From Atribacterota bacterium (lineage in GTDB: Bacteria; Atribacterota; Phoenicimicrobiia; Phoenicimicrobiales; Stramentimicrobiaceae): a stretch of DNA of 64,000 nucleotides. The notes under the pieces are model-generated. The model searched no databases. It was given only the letters and a program-made list of their open reading frames with translations, and was not told the DNA's origin. A program made the position numbers and the translations under genes. This document shows, piece by piece, positions 21,194 to 31,335 of this stretch. Position 1 is the stretch's first letter. The number at the start of each line of letters is the position of its first letter. The stretch covers positions 288,001-352,000 of the forward strand of contig JAXGNR010000004.1 in the NCBI GenBank assembly GCA_040767965.1, written 5' to 3'.

Positions 21194-22870
21194 ATGAGTA
21201 ATTATGTTATTGGCCTTGATTTTGGCACTGATTCAGTAAGATCATTATTGGTTGATGTTCAAAATGGCAATAAAATTAAAGAAAGTGTTGCATCTTATAA
21301 TAGATGGAACAATGGTCACTATTGTAGTCCATTAAACAATCAATTCCGCCAACATCCCCTTGATTATTTAGAAGCTATGGATAAGGCAATTCAAAAGACT
21401 TTAAGAGAATGCAGCAAAGATATAATGGAGAACATAGTAGCAATTGGTGTTGATACCACTGGTTCAACTCCTTGTGCTGTTGATAGAGAGGGAATCCCAT
21501 TAGCTCTACTGGAAAATTTTAAAGATGAGCCTGATGCTATGTTTGTTCTTTGGAAAGATCACACGGCTATACAGGAAGCTGAAGAAATAAACCAAAAGGC
21601 AAAAAATTGGGGAGGAAATGATTTTACTAAATATATAGGAGGGACTTACTCTTCAGAATGGTTTTGGGCGAAGGCTTTGCATATTTTAAGAAATAACGAG
21701 AAAATAAGAAAATCTGCTTTTTCCTGGGTTGAACAATGCGACTGGATTACGGCAGTTCTTACGGGTATTACTGATCCTTTGCAACTAAAAAGAAGCCGTT
21801 GTGCAGCAGGGCATAAAGCTATGTGGCATGAAGAATGGAATGGTTTGCCAGATGTAAACTTCTTGCAAAAGATTGACCCTTTATTGGCTGAGTTAAAATC
21901 AAGACTTTATCAGCAAACGTATACTTCAGATAAAATAGCAGGTACGCTTAATGAACAATGGGCTCAAAAATATGGTTTAAAGAAAGAAGTTGTAATTGCT
22001 GTGGGATCAATAGATGCCCATACTGGTGCAATAGGAGGAGGTATAAAAGAGGAAACTCTGGTTAAAATAATGGGTACCTCCACTTGCGATATTGTAGTTG
22101 CCTCCCCTAAAGTGATTAAAGATAAACTAATTGCCGGAATTTGTGGACAGGTAAACGGGTCAGTTATACCTGGCTTGATAGGTTTAGAAGCGGGACAATC
22201 AGCATTTGGTGATATCTATGCCTGGTTTAGAGATGTATTATTCTGGCCAACAGAATGTGTTTTACCTAAAACAAGAGTTGTTGACCAAAAAACTATTAAT
22301 CAAATTCAACAAGAAACAAGAGATAAGATTATAAGCATCCTTACTGAAGAAGCTGAAAAGATTAATACTGTACAGACAGAGCTGCTGGCTATAGATTGGC
22401 TGAATGGAAGACGTACTCCATTTGCTGACCAGGGATTAACAGGTGCTATTTTGGGCTTGAATTTAGGTTCAAATGCAGTACTTATTTTTAAAGCATTAGT
22501 TGAAGCTACTGCATTTGGAGCAAGAGCTATCAATGAACAATTTCAAAAAGAAGGAATTAAAATTAATGAAGTTATTGCCCTGGGGGGTATTGCTCAAAAA
22601 AATAATTATGTTATTCAGATTTTGAGTGATGTTTTAAATATGCCAATAAAAATATCTAAAGCTGAACAGGCTTGTGCTTTAGGTTCTGCTATGCTTGCAG
22701 CAACTTCTGCTGGTGTTTTTGAAAATGTTAAACAAGCTCAGGAAAAAATGAGCGCAGGTTTTTTAAAAACATATTATCCTAGAAAAGATTTTGTAAGTAT
22801 TTATAATAAATTATATAAAAAATACTTAAATGCTGGTAGTATACTGGAAAAGAACTTAAAAACAGATTAA
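21194..22870 (+). CDS. araB: Ribulokinase (FGGY family)
   Basis: Motifs IGLDFGTDSVR, FRQHPLDY, LWKDHTA, YSSEWFWAK, CAAGHKAMW, MGTSTC and DWLNGRRTP. Confidence 0.92.
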   Translation: MSNYVIGLDFGTDSVRSLLVDVQNGNKIKESVASYNRWNNGHYCSPLNNQFRQHPLDYLEAMDKAIQKTLRECSKDIMENIVAIGVDTTGSTPCAVDREGIPLALLENFKDEPDAMFVLWKDHTAIQEAEEINQKAKNWGGNDFTKYIGGTYSSEWFWAKALHILRNNEKIRKSAFSWVEQCDWITAVLTGITDPLQLKRSRCAAGHKAMWHEEWNGLPDVNFLQKIDPLLAELKSRLYQQTYTSDKIAGTLNEQWAQKYGLKKEVVIAVGSIDAHTGAIGGGIKEETLVKIMGTSTCDIVVASPKVIKDKLIAGICGQVNGSVIPGLIGLEAGQSAFGDIYAWFRDVLFWPTECVLPKTRVVDQKTINQIQQETRDKIISILTEEAEKINTVQTELLAIDWLNGRRTPFADQGLTGAILGLNLGSNAVLIFKALVEATAFGARAINEQFQKEGIKINEVIALGGIAQKNNYVIQILSDVLNMPIKISKAEQACALGSAMLAATSAGVFENVKQAQEKMSAGFLKTYYPRKDFVSIYNKLYKKYLNAGSILEKNLKTD

Positions 22871-22955
22871 TTATTTAGAATTTTATGTTATTTGCCTTCT
22901 AATAATTATTCATATAAAATATCTTTGCAAAAAGCAATCAAAAAGGAGTCACAAA

Positions 22956-23639
22956 ATGAAAATAATTTATGCAGGAAAAACTAAAGATGTTTATGCCCTT
23001 CAGGATGGTAATTATTTGCTTAAGTTTAAAGATGATGTAACTGGAGAGAATGGTATTTTTGATCCTGGTGCCAATACCGTGGGATTAACAATGGAGGGTG
23101 CTGGTAAAGCAGGGCTGAGGTTAACAAAATTATTTTTTGAAAAATTAAAAGAGAATAACATACCGACTCATTATTTAGATGCCAATATTGAAGAAGCAAC
23201 CATGACCGTAAAACCGGCAACATTATTCGGGAAGGGAATTGAGATTATTTGTCGATATAGAGCCGTAGGAAGTTTTTTAAAGAGATATGCATTATATGTA
23301 AAAGAAAAGCAATCCCTGGATGCTTTGGTTGAAGTAACCCTAAAAGATGATGAGAGAAACGATCCTTTAATTACTGAGGATGCCCTGGATATGCTTGGCA
23401 TACTATCTAGGGAAGAATATAAAATATTAAAAGGTTTAACCAAAAAAATATGTAATATTATAAGAGATTTTCTGGCAGAAAAAGAAATAGAACTATATGA
23501 CATTAAATTGGAATTTGGAAGGTTAAAAAATAACAATCAAATCATTCTTATTGATGAAATATCCGGTGGCAATATGCGGGCCTATAAGGATGGCAAATAT
23601 ATTGAACCTTTAGAGTTAGAAAGATTAATGCTGCAATAA
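22956..23639 (+). CDS. purC: SAICAR synthetase
   Basis: Motifs YAGKTKDVY, FKDD, EIICRY.AVGS, KDD...DP, DIKLEFG and LIDEIS. Confidence 0.9.
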   Translation: MKIIYAGKTKDVYALQDGNYLLKFKDDVTGENGIFDPGANTVGLTMEGAGKAGLRLTKLFFEKLKENNIPTHYLDANIEEATMTVKPATLFGKGIEIICRYRAVGSFLKRYALYVKEKQSLDALVEVTLKDDERNDPLITEDALDMLGILSREEYKILKGLTKKICNIIRDFLAEKEIELYDIKLEFGRLKNNNQIILIDEISGGNMRAYKDGKYIEPLELERLMLQ

Positions 23640-23739
23640 TTATTTTTGTTTAATTGTTTTTTTGATAAATAATTCAGTAAATAAATAATAATGGTATAAA
23701 TATTAGCATAATGGTAAATCTGGAAGGAATAACCTAACC

Positions 23740-24746
23740 ATGCAATTCCTTACCTGGATGGGGATTCTTTTTTACCTTTTCCAGTCAGCTTTTTTTCAAG
23801 CTTAAATCTTGGTATTTTTTCACTAAATATGCTGGAATTAAAAGTAGCTGCTAATAATGGAGATGTCAGGGCAAAAAAAGTATTAAAGCTGCGCGATAGA
23901 GCAAATTATACTCTTGTTACCATTTTATGGGGGAATATTGCAGCAAATATGCTATTGGCACTTTTGTCAGATTCAATTTTATCAGGAATAACAGCATTTA
24001 TATTCTCTACGGTTGTTATTACTATCTTTGCTGAAATATTTCTCCAATCATACTTTAGTAGACATTCTTTACAGATATCTGCTTTATTTTTACCATTCAT
24101 AATCTTTTATCAATATTTATTATATCCGGTTTCCAAACCAACTGCCTGGGTTTTAGGCAAATTATTGGGAGGAGAGCGGCTGCGTTTTTTTAAAGAAAAA
24201 GATTTAAGAAGTCTGATTAAATTACACATGGAAGCAGCAGAAAGTGATATTGAAAAGTAGAAGGGAAGGAGCACTAAATTTTTTAGAAATTGATGATGTC
24301 CCTCTTGAAGATGAAGGAGAGTTGATTGATTTAGACAGCACAATTAAATTAAAATTTAAAGATAATATTCCTGTATTTCCAGAAATCAATTTTATCCCAC
24401 AGGATGATTTCTTGCAGGCAATAAATCATCCTGGTAAAAGTTGGATAATCATTACTGATACTGAGAATGAACCATGTTTAGCTTTAAAAACCGAGGAATT
24501 TACTAGAGAGACATTGTTTAATACCAAGCATTTTAATCCTTTTAAACATTGTTATAAACCAATTATAGTCAGAAACGAGAAAAAGAGACCATGAGAGCTA
24601 ATTCAGCTTTTTTAGCAAAATCTGAACATAACCTAGATGATATCATTGAAAATGATATCATCTAGGTCTGGAATGATAAACCCCGGATAGTAACCGGAAC
24701 AGATATTTTAGGCAGATTACTTCGTGGTATTGTTAAAAAAAAGTAG
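23740..24746 (+). pseudogene. CNNM/DUF21 membrane protein pseudogene
   Basis: MQFLTWMGIL...QSAFF, frameshift, SSLNLG...LVTILWGN...FAEI...LYPVSKP, frameshift, GALNFL, frameshift, DDIIENDII*VWN...ITGTDILGRLL-like end. At least 3 frameshifts plus an in-frame TAG at 24663. Confidence 0.85.
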
Positions 24747-24861
24747 AAGATCTTTGCAGTTGAATAATATCATTAAAACATGTTAAAATCATATGGTTTA
24801 CTAAAATGAATTTTGAAATAATTTATGAGTAACAACACTATTTTATTACATGGAGGAAAAT

Positions 24862-25938
24862 ATGGACAAACCTTTTCCATTTCTAAAAGTAGAAGGAACA
24901 CACTTTGAAATTGGACAGCAGATTGGTTCAACATTTCAATCTCAAATTAAAAAATTTATTAAAATAATAATTGGAACAATGCCTATTGCAGAAGCAAAAA
25001 AAAGAGCCGCAGTATATTTACCATCTTTAAGTAAACATTGCCCTCATTTATTAGAAGAGGTAAAAGGTGTTGCAGATGGCGCTGGGATAACTTTGGAAGA
25101 GGCTCTGATTCCAAATCTGAGAAGTGCAATCGAATATGCTGGTGGCTGCACTGCCTATGTTATTGATCGGAAGCATACGGCTAATGGTGAGTTACTAATA
25201 GGCCAAAATCAGGATTTACCTGCCTCAATGCAAGATGTAGGGGTTGTTCTGCATATTGCTGCCAAAGGAGAAAGAGAAATATTAATGTGGACTTTTGCAG
25301 GTTTATTAGCTTATCATGGCATTAATGATGCCGGCTTGGGATTTTTCTGCAATGCTTTACCTCAACCACCTAAATCTTCTCCTTTTTCTGCTAAAAATAT
25401 TTTACCTGGATACTTGCCCAAGCGTCTTATGTTTGAAAATGAAGATATTGATGGTGTACTGAATCTTTTTGATAATTTAAAACTATTTACTACTCCTATA
25501 GGCGTCGTAAATTATGTTATGTGTGATAAAAAAAGAATTGCCAGTGTTGAATTGTCAGAAAATGACTATGCAGTCTTAAATGATTCAGGAAAAGGATTTA
25601 TAGCACATACTAACCATTATCTTGCAGATAAATTTAATTATTTAAATCAATATAAACTACCAGGATTAGCTATGGCTCCTCATGAAGAAGACTCCATGCC
25701 CAGACTTGCCCGTTTTAATAAACTGTTTGAGCAACAGTCTAAATTATTAGATTTGGAAGATATAAAAAGTATAATGAGTGATCATGACAATTACCCAAGC
25801 TCAATTTGCAGACACTTGCCTGAAACAGGAGATTGCGTTACTGTTGCATCAATAATAGCCGAACCGGAAAAAGGAAGAATGCATCTTTGCCCAGGGAATC
25901 CATGTGAGAATACTTTTTACACTTATGAAATGAAATAA
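24862..25938 (+). CDS. C45-family Ntn autoproteolytic acyltransferase/hydrolase
   Basis: GTHFEIGQQIG, G|CT nucleophile site, GQNQD, GINDAGL, HTNHY, SICRH and GNPC. Confidence 0.88.
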   Translation: MDKPFPFLKVEGTHFEIGQQIGSTFQSQIKKFIKIIIGTMPIAEAKKRAAVYLPSLSKHCPHLLEEVKGVADGAGITLEEALIPNLRSAIEYAGGCTAYVIDRKHTANGELLIGQNQDLPASMQDVGVVLHIAAKGEREILMWTFAGLLAYHGINDAGLGFFCNALPQPPKSSPFSAKNILPGYLPKRLMFENEDIDGVLNLFDNLKLFTTPIGVVNYVMCDKKRIASVELSENDYAVLNDSGKGFIAHTNHYLADKFNYLNQYKLPGLAMAPHEEDSMPRLARFNKLFEQQSKLLDLEDIKSIMSDHDNYPSSICRHLPETGDCVTVASIIAEPEKGRMHLCPGNPCENTFYTYEMK

Positions 25939-25954
25939 ATAAATAGCAGAACAG

Positions 25955-25996
25955 AAAAAAATATAGATATTATTCAAATAATATCTATATTTTTTT
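25955..25996. terminator. AT-rich bidirectional hairpin
   Basis: AAAAAAATATAGATATTAT / ATAATATCTATATTTTTTT between convergent genes. Confidence 0.6.
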
Positions 25997-26029
25997 TGCC
26001 TGGATCAAAATGAAGATGGGTAGATACTC

Positions 26030-26881
26030 TTAATCCGGCAAACAGATTCCTTTCACTGTGCAATAGAAATTTTTAAAGACATCTCTGCGCCCGATTACCC
26101 CTACCAGTTGATTATTTTCCACTATAGGCAGAGTGTGAATATTCCTATATTTCATTAAAGCTATAATTTCATCCAGGTTTGAATCCGGATCTGCGGTAAC
26201 GACTTCTGTAGACATTACATATCTGACTTTGGGTAGGGTGTTGTCAGGGCTGTTTTCTCTTAATATTTCTCCTGTTTTAATCATGTCCATAACTAAAAAT
26301 AAATCATTTGTAGTTATAATACCAATAATTTTATTATTTTCCATAACAGGAAAACCACTGATTCTTTTTTCAATCATTAATTCAGCAATATCGTCTAAAG
26401 TATCTTCTTTTTTGACAGTAATAACTTCTTTAGTCATTATATCTTTTGCTCTGATTTGTTTTAAGTTTTCAGTCAGCTCTTGCAAAGAGAATGTTTTTTG
26501 ATTTGTCAATTTGTATTGTGTAAAAATATCTTTAATGTTTTCTAATAAATCTTTAATTATATAAGGCTTGGGCACAAATAAATTTACACCAAGATTTTTT
26601 ATTGTATCTTCCATATTTACTTTATCAGAAATCATAATAAATGGTATTTTTTTAAAAATGTTATTTTCTTTAATTTCTTGTAAAAACTGAATACCATTCA
26701 TGCCACCTTGCAAGTTTATAGTTGAAATAATTAGATCAATCCATTTTCTTTTTAAAACCACTATAGCTTCAGTACCTTTATAAACATTATCAACAATATA
26801 GTTTTCGTTTTCTAAATTATTTTTCAATATCTCTGATTGATTAATATCTCCACTAACTATGAGAATATTTTTTTTAATCAT
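26030..26881 (-). CDS. Atypical receiver domain fused to a CBS pair
   Basis: REC fold (ILIV...DLIIS..GMNG..IPFIMIS..KP) followed by two CBS repeats (AKDIMTKEVITV...GFPV...GIIT; VMSTEVVT...LPIV...GVIGRRD). Start placed at the ATG after GGAG; the track gives 26893. Confidence 0.85.
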   Translation of the reverse strand: MIKKNILIVSGDINQSEILKNNLENENYIVDNVYKGTEAIVVLKRKWIDLIISTINLQGGMNGIQFLQEIKENNIFKKIPFIMISDKVNMEDTIKNLGVNLFVPKPYIIKDLLENIKDIFTQYKLTNQKTFSLQELTENLKQIRAKDIMTKEVITVKKEDTLDDIAELMIEKRISGFPVMENNKIIGIITTNDLFLVMDMIKTGEILRENSPDNTLPKVRYVMSTEVVTADPDSNLDEIIALMKYRNIHTLPIVENNQLVGVIGRRDVFKNFYCTVKGICLPD

Positions 26882-29372
26882 ATTTTTCTCCATTTTCTTT
26901 CAGGAAAACAGTATGTTTTTTGTTCAGACTGAAAAAATATTCTTTTTTGTATAACTTTATTTTTTGTTTATGATTTCCTTCTATGGTTTTTCCCGCTACA
27001 GGTTTTAATTCAATATCTGTTTTGTCTTTCATGATTTCAAAAACATACCAAATATCCTTATATTTTATTTTAAAATTAACCGCATCCCATTCTTCTGGCA
27101 AATCTGGCTCTACATCTATTATACCATCAACCAAATTAACACCGGCGTATCTTTTCTGAGCTATATATAGCGATCCTCCCATTACGCCAGTATGAATCCC
27201 TTCAGGAGTTGTGCCTCCTTGAATGTCATTTATATCTGAATTTAAAACATCACAATACCATTCCCATGATTGTTTAGTTTTACCTAGAATATCTGCCAGA
27301 TAGCAATGAACTACTTTGCTTAATGTAGAACCATGAGAAGTCCTTTGTACATAATAGTCATAATTTTTTTTGATTATATCTATATTCATTTCATACCCCA
27401 AACCGTTGAACAGTTCCTTTAATTCCACAATTGAGAATAAATATGGAAGCATAAGGGTATCAGCTTGTTTTGCTACTTTATACTCATTAGGAGATTTTCC
27501 TTCAGCCTTTAAAATGCGGTCCATTCGTTGAATATTTCCGTATTTTTCCTTATATGCCTTCCAATCTAATTCTTTTAAATCGAAATATCCATCAAATTGA
27601 CTTATTATACCTTCAGGGTTAATGATAATATTCATTTTTTTGGTTATATCATCCCATAATCTTAAATCATCTTTACTTATATTCAATTTTTTTAATAATG
27701 ATACTTTTTGCTTATTTGAAAGTATAGAGTTTAATAGATTTAGAGCTGTTTTTAAAGTCCAGACAATCATAATGTTTGTGTAAGCATTATCTCGTAAACC
27801 GGCATTTTCTGCTTCAGGCAATCTTTCATGAAATTCATCTGGTCCCATCAATCCTTCAGTATGGTATTTTTGGTTTTTCTTATCGAAAAATACCAGGCTT
27901 GCCCCGAAAATTGCAATAGACAAAAAGAGTTCCGCACCATAATTAATCATAAAATCCCTATTTTCTGCGATTATCCAATGTTCCCAAATGCTATATGCTA
28001 TATCAAAAGAAATATGTCTTTGATTTCTGCTGTTATCAGGTCCCCATTTCCCGGATTGAGGATTTAGATGAATAGTTTGAGTTTCTTCTTCTCCTGTGGA
28101 ACCACTTTGCCAGGGAAACATGGCTCCTTTATAACCGTTTTCTTCAGCATATTTCCTGGCTGCATCTAGTCTTCGATAACGGTAGAGAAGGGCAGATTGA
28201 GTAATTTCAGGTATTCGAAAATCGTAAACCGGCAGAATGAACACTTCATCCCAAAAGATATGGCCTCGGTAAGCTTCTCCTGACAGCCCTCTTGCCGGGA
28301 TTCCTGCATCTAATTTTGTATTGTGGATAGAGCCGGTTTGCAAAAGATGAAATATGTGTAATCTTAAAGCTTTTTGTGAAAATAAGTGATTGGAAACTCT
28401 GATGTCAAACATTTCCCATAATCCAGTCCACGCTTTTTTATTGGACTGATATAAAGTTTCAAAATCATTATTTTCACGGGTTAATTTTATTGCACTTGCT
28501 AAAGGATCTTGGGTGTCTTTGTCTTGAGAGGTATAGATAGATACAATTTTACTAAATGTATATTTTTGGTTTTTTTGTACTTTAATTAGGTATTCCTGGT
28601 AAATGGATTTATCTCTTTGTATAGTGTCAACAGAGGTAGGTTTAATATTGTTCTGACCATTTCCAGTTATAAAAAAAGTTGAAGATAGGGCAATTTTAAT
28701 TCGTGATTGGTTGGTGACTACAGATAAGCAAATACCATTATCCGCAAAGGTATCAATTTGATCAGGATCTAAATGTAAAGAGCTAAGATCGCTATACCTT
28801 TCTACGCCTTCATTTTCTATATTTCCATCTAATCCAGTTTTAATTACTATTTCTCCTTCATAATTTTCAGGTGTTATTGAATATTCTAAAGCAACCAGGT
28901 GCATTTGCTGCATACTGACAATTCTTCTAGTTTGAATAGAGGTAATTCTGCCAGACTCTTCTCTGATCGTATAATTTTTTATAAGAGCAGCTTCTTTTAA
29001 ATCCAATTTTTGATAAAAAGATATTATTTGATTTTCCTCCGGGTAAATCCAGTTATCCTGCTTATCAGTTTTAAAGGTCAGCGGAAGCCAATTAGGGCAA
29101 TTAACCAGATCTTCATTTGAAATAGTTTTACCGGCAATATGACTGTCTAATTTATTAAAAACACCTGCCATATAGGTGCCAGGGTAGAAAATTCTTGAAG
29201 AAGAGACTTCGGTGAAAGCTCCTCTGGTTCCTAAATAGCCGTTTCCCAATGTGCATAACGCTTCTCTTAATTTTTCCTGGCCGGGATCAAAATTGAAATA
29301 TTCCAAAGACCAGGGAGAAGACCCATTATTATTAAAATTATTATTTTTTTGAATTTTTGATAATTTTTTCAA
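26874..29372 (-). CDS. GH65 glycoside phosphorylase/hydrolase (trehalose/T6P-type)
   Basis: Motifs LGNGYLGTRG, ARGLSGEAYRGHIFWDE, GPDEFHE, KQAD and RTSHGSTLS. Confidence 0.92.
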   Translation of the reverse strand: MKKLSKIQKNNNFNNNGSSPWSLEYFNFDPGQEKLREALCTLGNGYLGTRGAFTEVSSSRIFYPGTYMAGVFNKLDSHIAGKTISNEDLVNCPNWLPLTFKTDKQDNWIYPEENQIISFYQKLDLKEAALIKNYTIREESGRITSIQTRRIVSMQQMHLVALEYSITPENYEGEIVIKTGLDGNIENEGVERYSDLSSLHLDPDQIDTFADNGICLSVVTNQSRIKIALSSTFFITGNGQNNIKPTSVDTIQRDKSIYQEYLIKVQKNQKYTFSKIVSIYTSQDKDTQDPLASAIKLTRENNDFETLYQSNKKAWTGLWEMFDIRVSNHLFSQKALRLHIFHLLQTGSIHNTKLDAGIPARGLSGEAYRGHIFWDEVFILPVYDFRIPEITQSALLYRYRRLDAARKYAEENGYKGAMFPWQSGSTGEEETQTIHLNPQSGKWGPDNSRNQRHISFDIAYSIWEHWIIAENRDFMINYGAELFLSIAIFGASLVFFDKKNQKYHTEGLMGPDEFHERLPEAENAGLRDNAYTNIMIVWTLKTALNLLNSILSNKQKVSLLKKLNISKDDLRLWDDITKKMNIIINPEGIISQFDGYFDLKELDWKAYKEKYGNIQRMDRILKAEGKSPNEYKVAKQADTLMLPYLFSIVELKELFNGLGYEMNIDIIKKNYDYYVQRTSHGSTLSKVVHCYLADILGKTKQSWEWYCDVLNSDINDIQGGTTPEGIHTGVMGGSLYIAQKRYAGVNLVDGIIDVEPDLPEEWDAVNFKIKYKDIWYVFEIMKDKTDIELKPVAGKTIEGNHKQKIKLYKKEYFFSLNKKHTVFLKENGEKYD

Positions 29373-30975
29373 AGAATTTTTTTACCTCTTCCGGAGAATT
29401 TAATTGGAAATCAGCAGTTGATGGTTTAAATGGATCATCAGTTACCATGATAGCAGTTCCTCTTGTGATTAAGGTTCTGAAGGCATACTCATCAGTTGTG
29501 TCATCACCTATATAAAAAGTAGATGTGTTTTCCCATAATAAGCCCATAGCATCCAGAATCCATCGAATTGCCTTTCCTTTATCCCAATCTATATTTGGTA
29601 AAATTTCAAATACCTTTTTCCCTTTCAGCATTCTTAATTCTTTGTGATCTTCTATGATTTGCTCTATAATTTTTTCAATATATTGTAAGTCACTTTCTTT
29701 TTTAACTTTCCGATAATGTGCAGCCACACTAAACTTTTTTTCTTCAACTAAAGCACCCTCTATATTTTGGAATTCATTTTTTAATTTTTCAATTATTTCT
29801 GCAACTAAAGGAATAGTTTTTTCAGCAACAGGGTGAATCATGGTAAAGCCACCAGGTCCTTTAATATCAAAACCATGGCTGCCAGCATAAAAAATATTTT
29901 TAATGTCAACCAAGTTTTGTACATCTTCTCTCATCCGCCCGCTAACTACTGCTACAGTATGCAAACTGGCTATATTTTCAATTATATCTTTCATGTCTTT
30001 TGATAGAACTGCCAGTTCCGGGCTTTCCACAATAGGTGTTAGGGTACCATCATAATCCAGGAAAAAGACAAGTTGTTTAGTAGTTTCAATCACGGATTTT
30101 CCAGAAAGATTATAATGGGGGTTAACAAGTATATTTCTGTCAGGAAAGTGTTTTTTGAAAAATAATTCTGGAGAGTTTATGATGGTATTATAATTTTCAA
30201 AAAAAGGTTTTGGTTTTCTATAAAACCAATTATTTATTACGTTTATATCAATTTCTACCAGGTCTGTAACAATTAAATCTGCTCCATGTGTGGCCAGTTC
30301 ATTTTCATTATTCTCTCTAGCAACCCCGATAACTAAACCAAATCCGCCATTCCTGCCAGCTTCCACTCCAGATGAAGCATCTTCTACTACCACTGAATTT
30401 TCAGGGAGAGAATTTAGGTTTTTTGCTGCTGTTACAAAAATATCTCCCTCCGGCTTCCCCTTTAATGAAAGTTTTTTGGAAATAACACCATCAACTCTTG
30501 TTTCAAATAGCTGCTCCAGATTTACAGATTGCAATATTTCTTGACAATTTTCAGAAGAAGAAGCGACACCAATTTTAATGCCACTATTTTTCAAATCTTT
30601 AATAAGTTTTACGGTAGATTCAAAAATTTCTGCCCCTTTTTCTTCTAGTGCTTGTTTGAAAAGAATATTTTTACGATTCCCGATGCCGCATATGGTCTCT
30701 TGTTCTGCTGAGTCAGAAGGCTTTCCAAAAGGTAAATGAATATTACGTGATTCTAAAAAATTCTTTACTCCTTCATAGCGAGGCTTGCCATCAACATATT
30801 TTAGATAATCATTTTTATAGGTGAATTCTTGAAAAGGTTCTTTATAATAATCTTTTCTAAAATTAAGGTATTCGTCAAAGGTTTTTTTCCATGCATGAGC
30901 ATGAACAGTAGCAGTTTTTGTTACAACACCATCCAAATCAAAGATTACGGATTGAAAGGCAATTTTTTTATTCAT
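29341..30975 (-). CDS. otsB: Beta-phosphoglucomutase-like HAD fused to trehalose-6-phosphate phosphatase
   Basis: N-terminal HAD motifs FDLDGV, VDGKPR, GKPEGD and VVEDA; C-terminal TPP motifs LDYDGTL, VSGR, YAGSHG, WDKG and IGDDTTDE. Confidence 0.9.
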   Translation of the reverse strand: MNKKIAFQSVIFDLDGVVTKTATVHAHAWKKTFDEYLNFRKDYYKEPFQEFTYKNDYLKYVDGKPRYEGVKNFLESRNIHLPFGKPSDSAEQETICGIGNRKNILFKQALEEKGAEIFESTVKLIKDLKNSGIKIGVASSSENCQEILQSVNLEQLFETRVDGVISKKLSLKGKPEGDIFVTAAKNLNSLPENSVVVEDASSGVEAGRNGGFGLVIGVARENNENELATHGADLIVTDLVEIDINVINNWFYRKPKPFFENYNTIINSPELFFKKHFPDRNILVNPHYNLSGKSVIETTKQLVFFLDYDGTLTPIVESPELAVLSKDMKDIIENIASLHTVAVVSGRMREDVQNLVDIKNIFYAGSHGFDIKGPGGFTMIHPVAEKTIPLVAEIIEKLKNEFQNIEGALVEEKKFSVAAHYRKVKKESDLQYIEKIIEQIIEDHKELRMLKGKKVFEILPNIDWDKGKAIRWILDAMGLLWENTSTFYIGDDTTDEYAFRTLITRGTAIMVTDDPFKPSTADFQLNSPEEVKKFFEKIIKNSKK

Positions 30976-31335
30976 AATATACTCCATTCTTTCCGTTAAT
31001 AAAATATTATTTTTTTAAAAAATATTTAAAATCACAGTAATTAACTCCTTTTAGTAGTAAAAATTCAAAGAAAAATAGATTAGCTGTGTGCAAGCATACA
31101 AGTATTTGCAAGGAACTGAATAACAATTTAATTATAACATATTATATTATAGAATATTAAAATAGTTAAGGAATTTAAATAATAATTCTTATTTAGTATA
31201 AAATATTATCAGAATTGTCAAAAATATTTTCTAATACCTATCATAATTTTATATTTTAGTTTAAAATAAATTTTTAAACCAGTTATATATGGTTTATATA
31301 ACTGAAATGAGAAATATAATTAGGATTCACAAGGT

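Noticed and set aside
23829-24594. Two independent genes at 23829-24260 and 24244-24594
   Set aside because: They are consecutive fragments of one CNNM/DUF21 gene.
24640-24746. TAG readthrough (pyrrolysine or recoding) in the CNNM gene
   Set aside because: The gene also has several frameshifts, and TAG is a normal stop elsewhere (surE, gatC, gatA, gatB, rubredoxin).
30990-31330. c-di-AMP (ydaO) riboswitch upstream of the trehalose-type operon
   Set aside because: The conserved ydaO motifs could not be found on either strand by eye.
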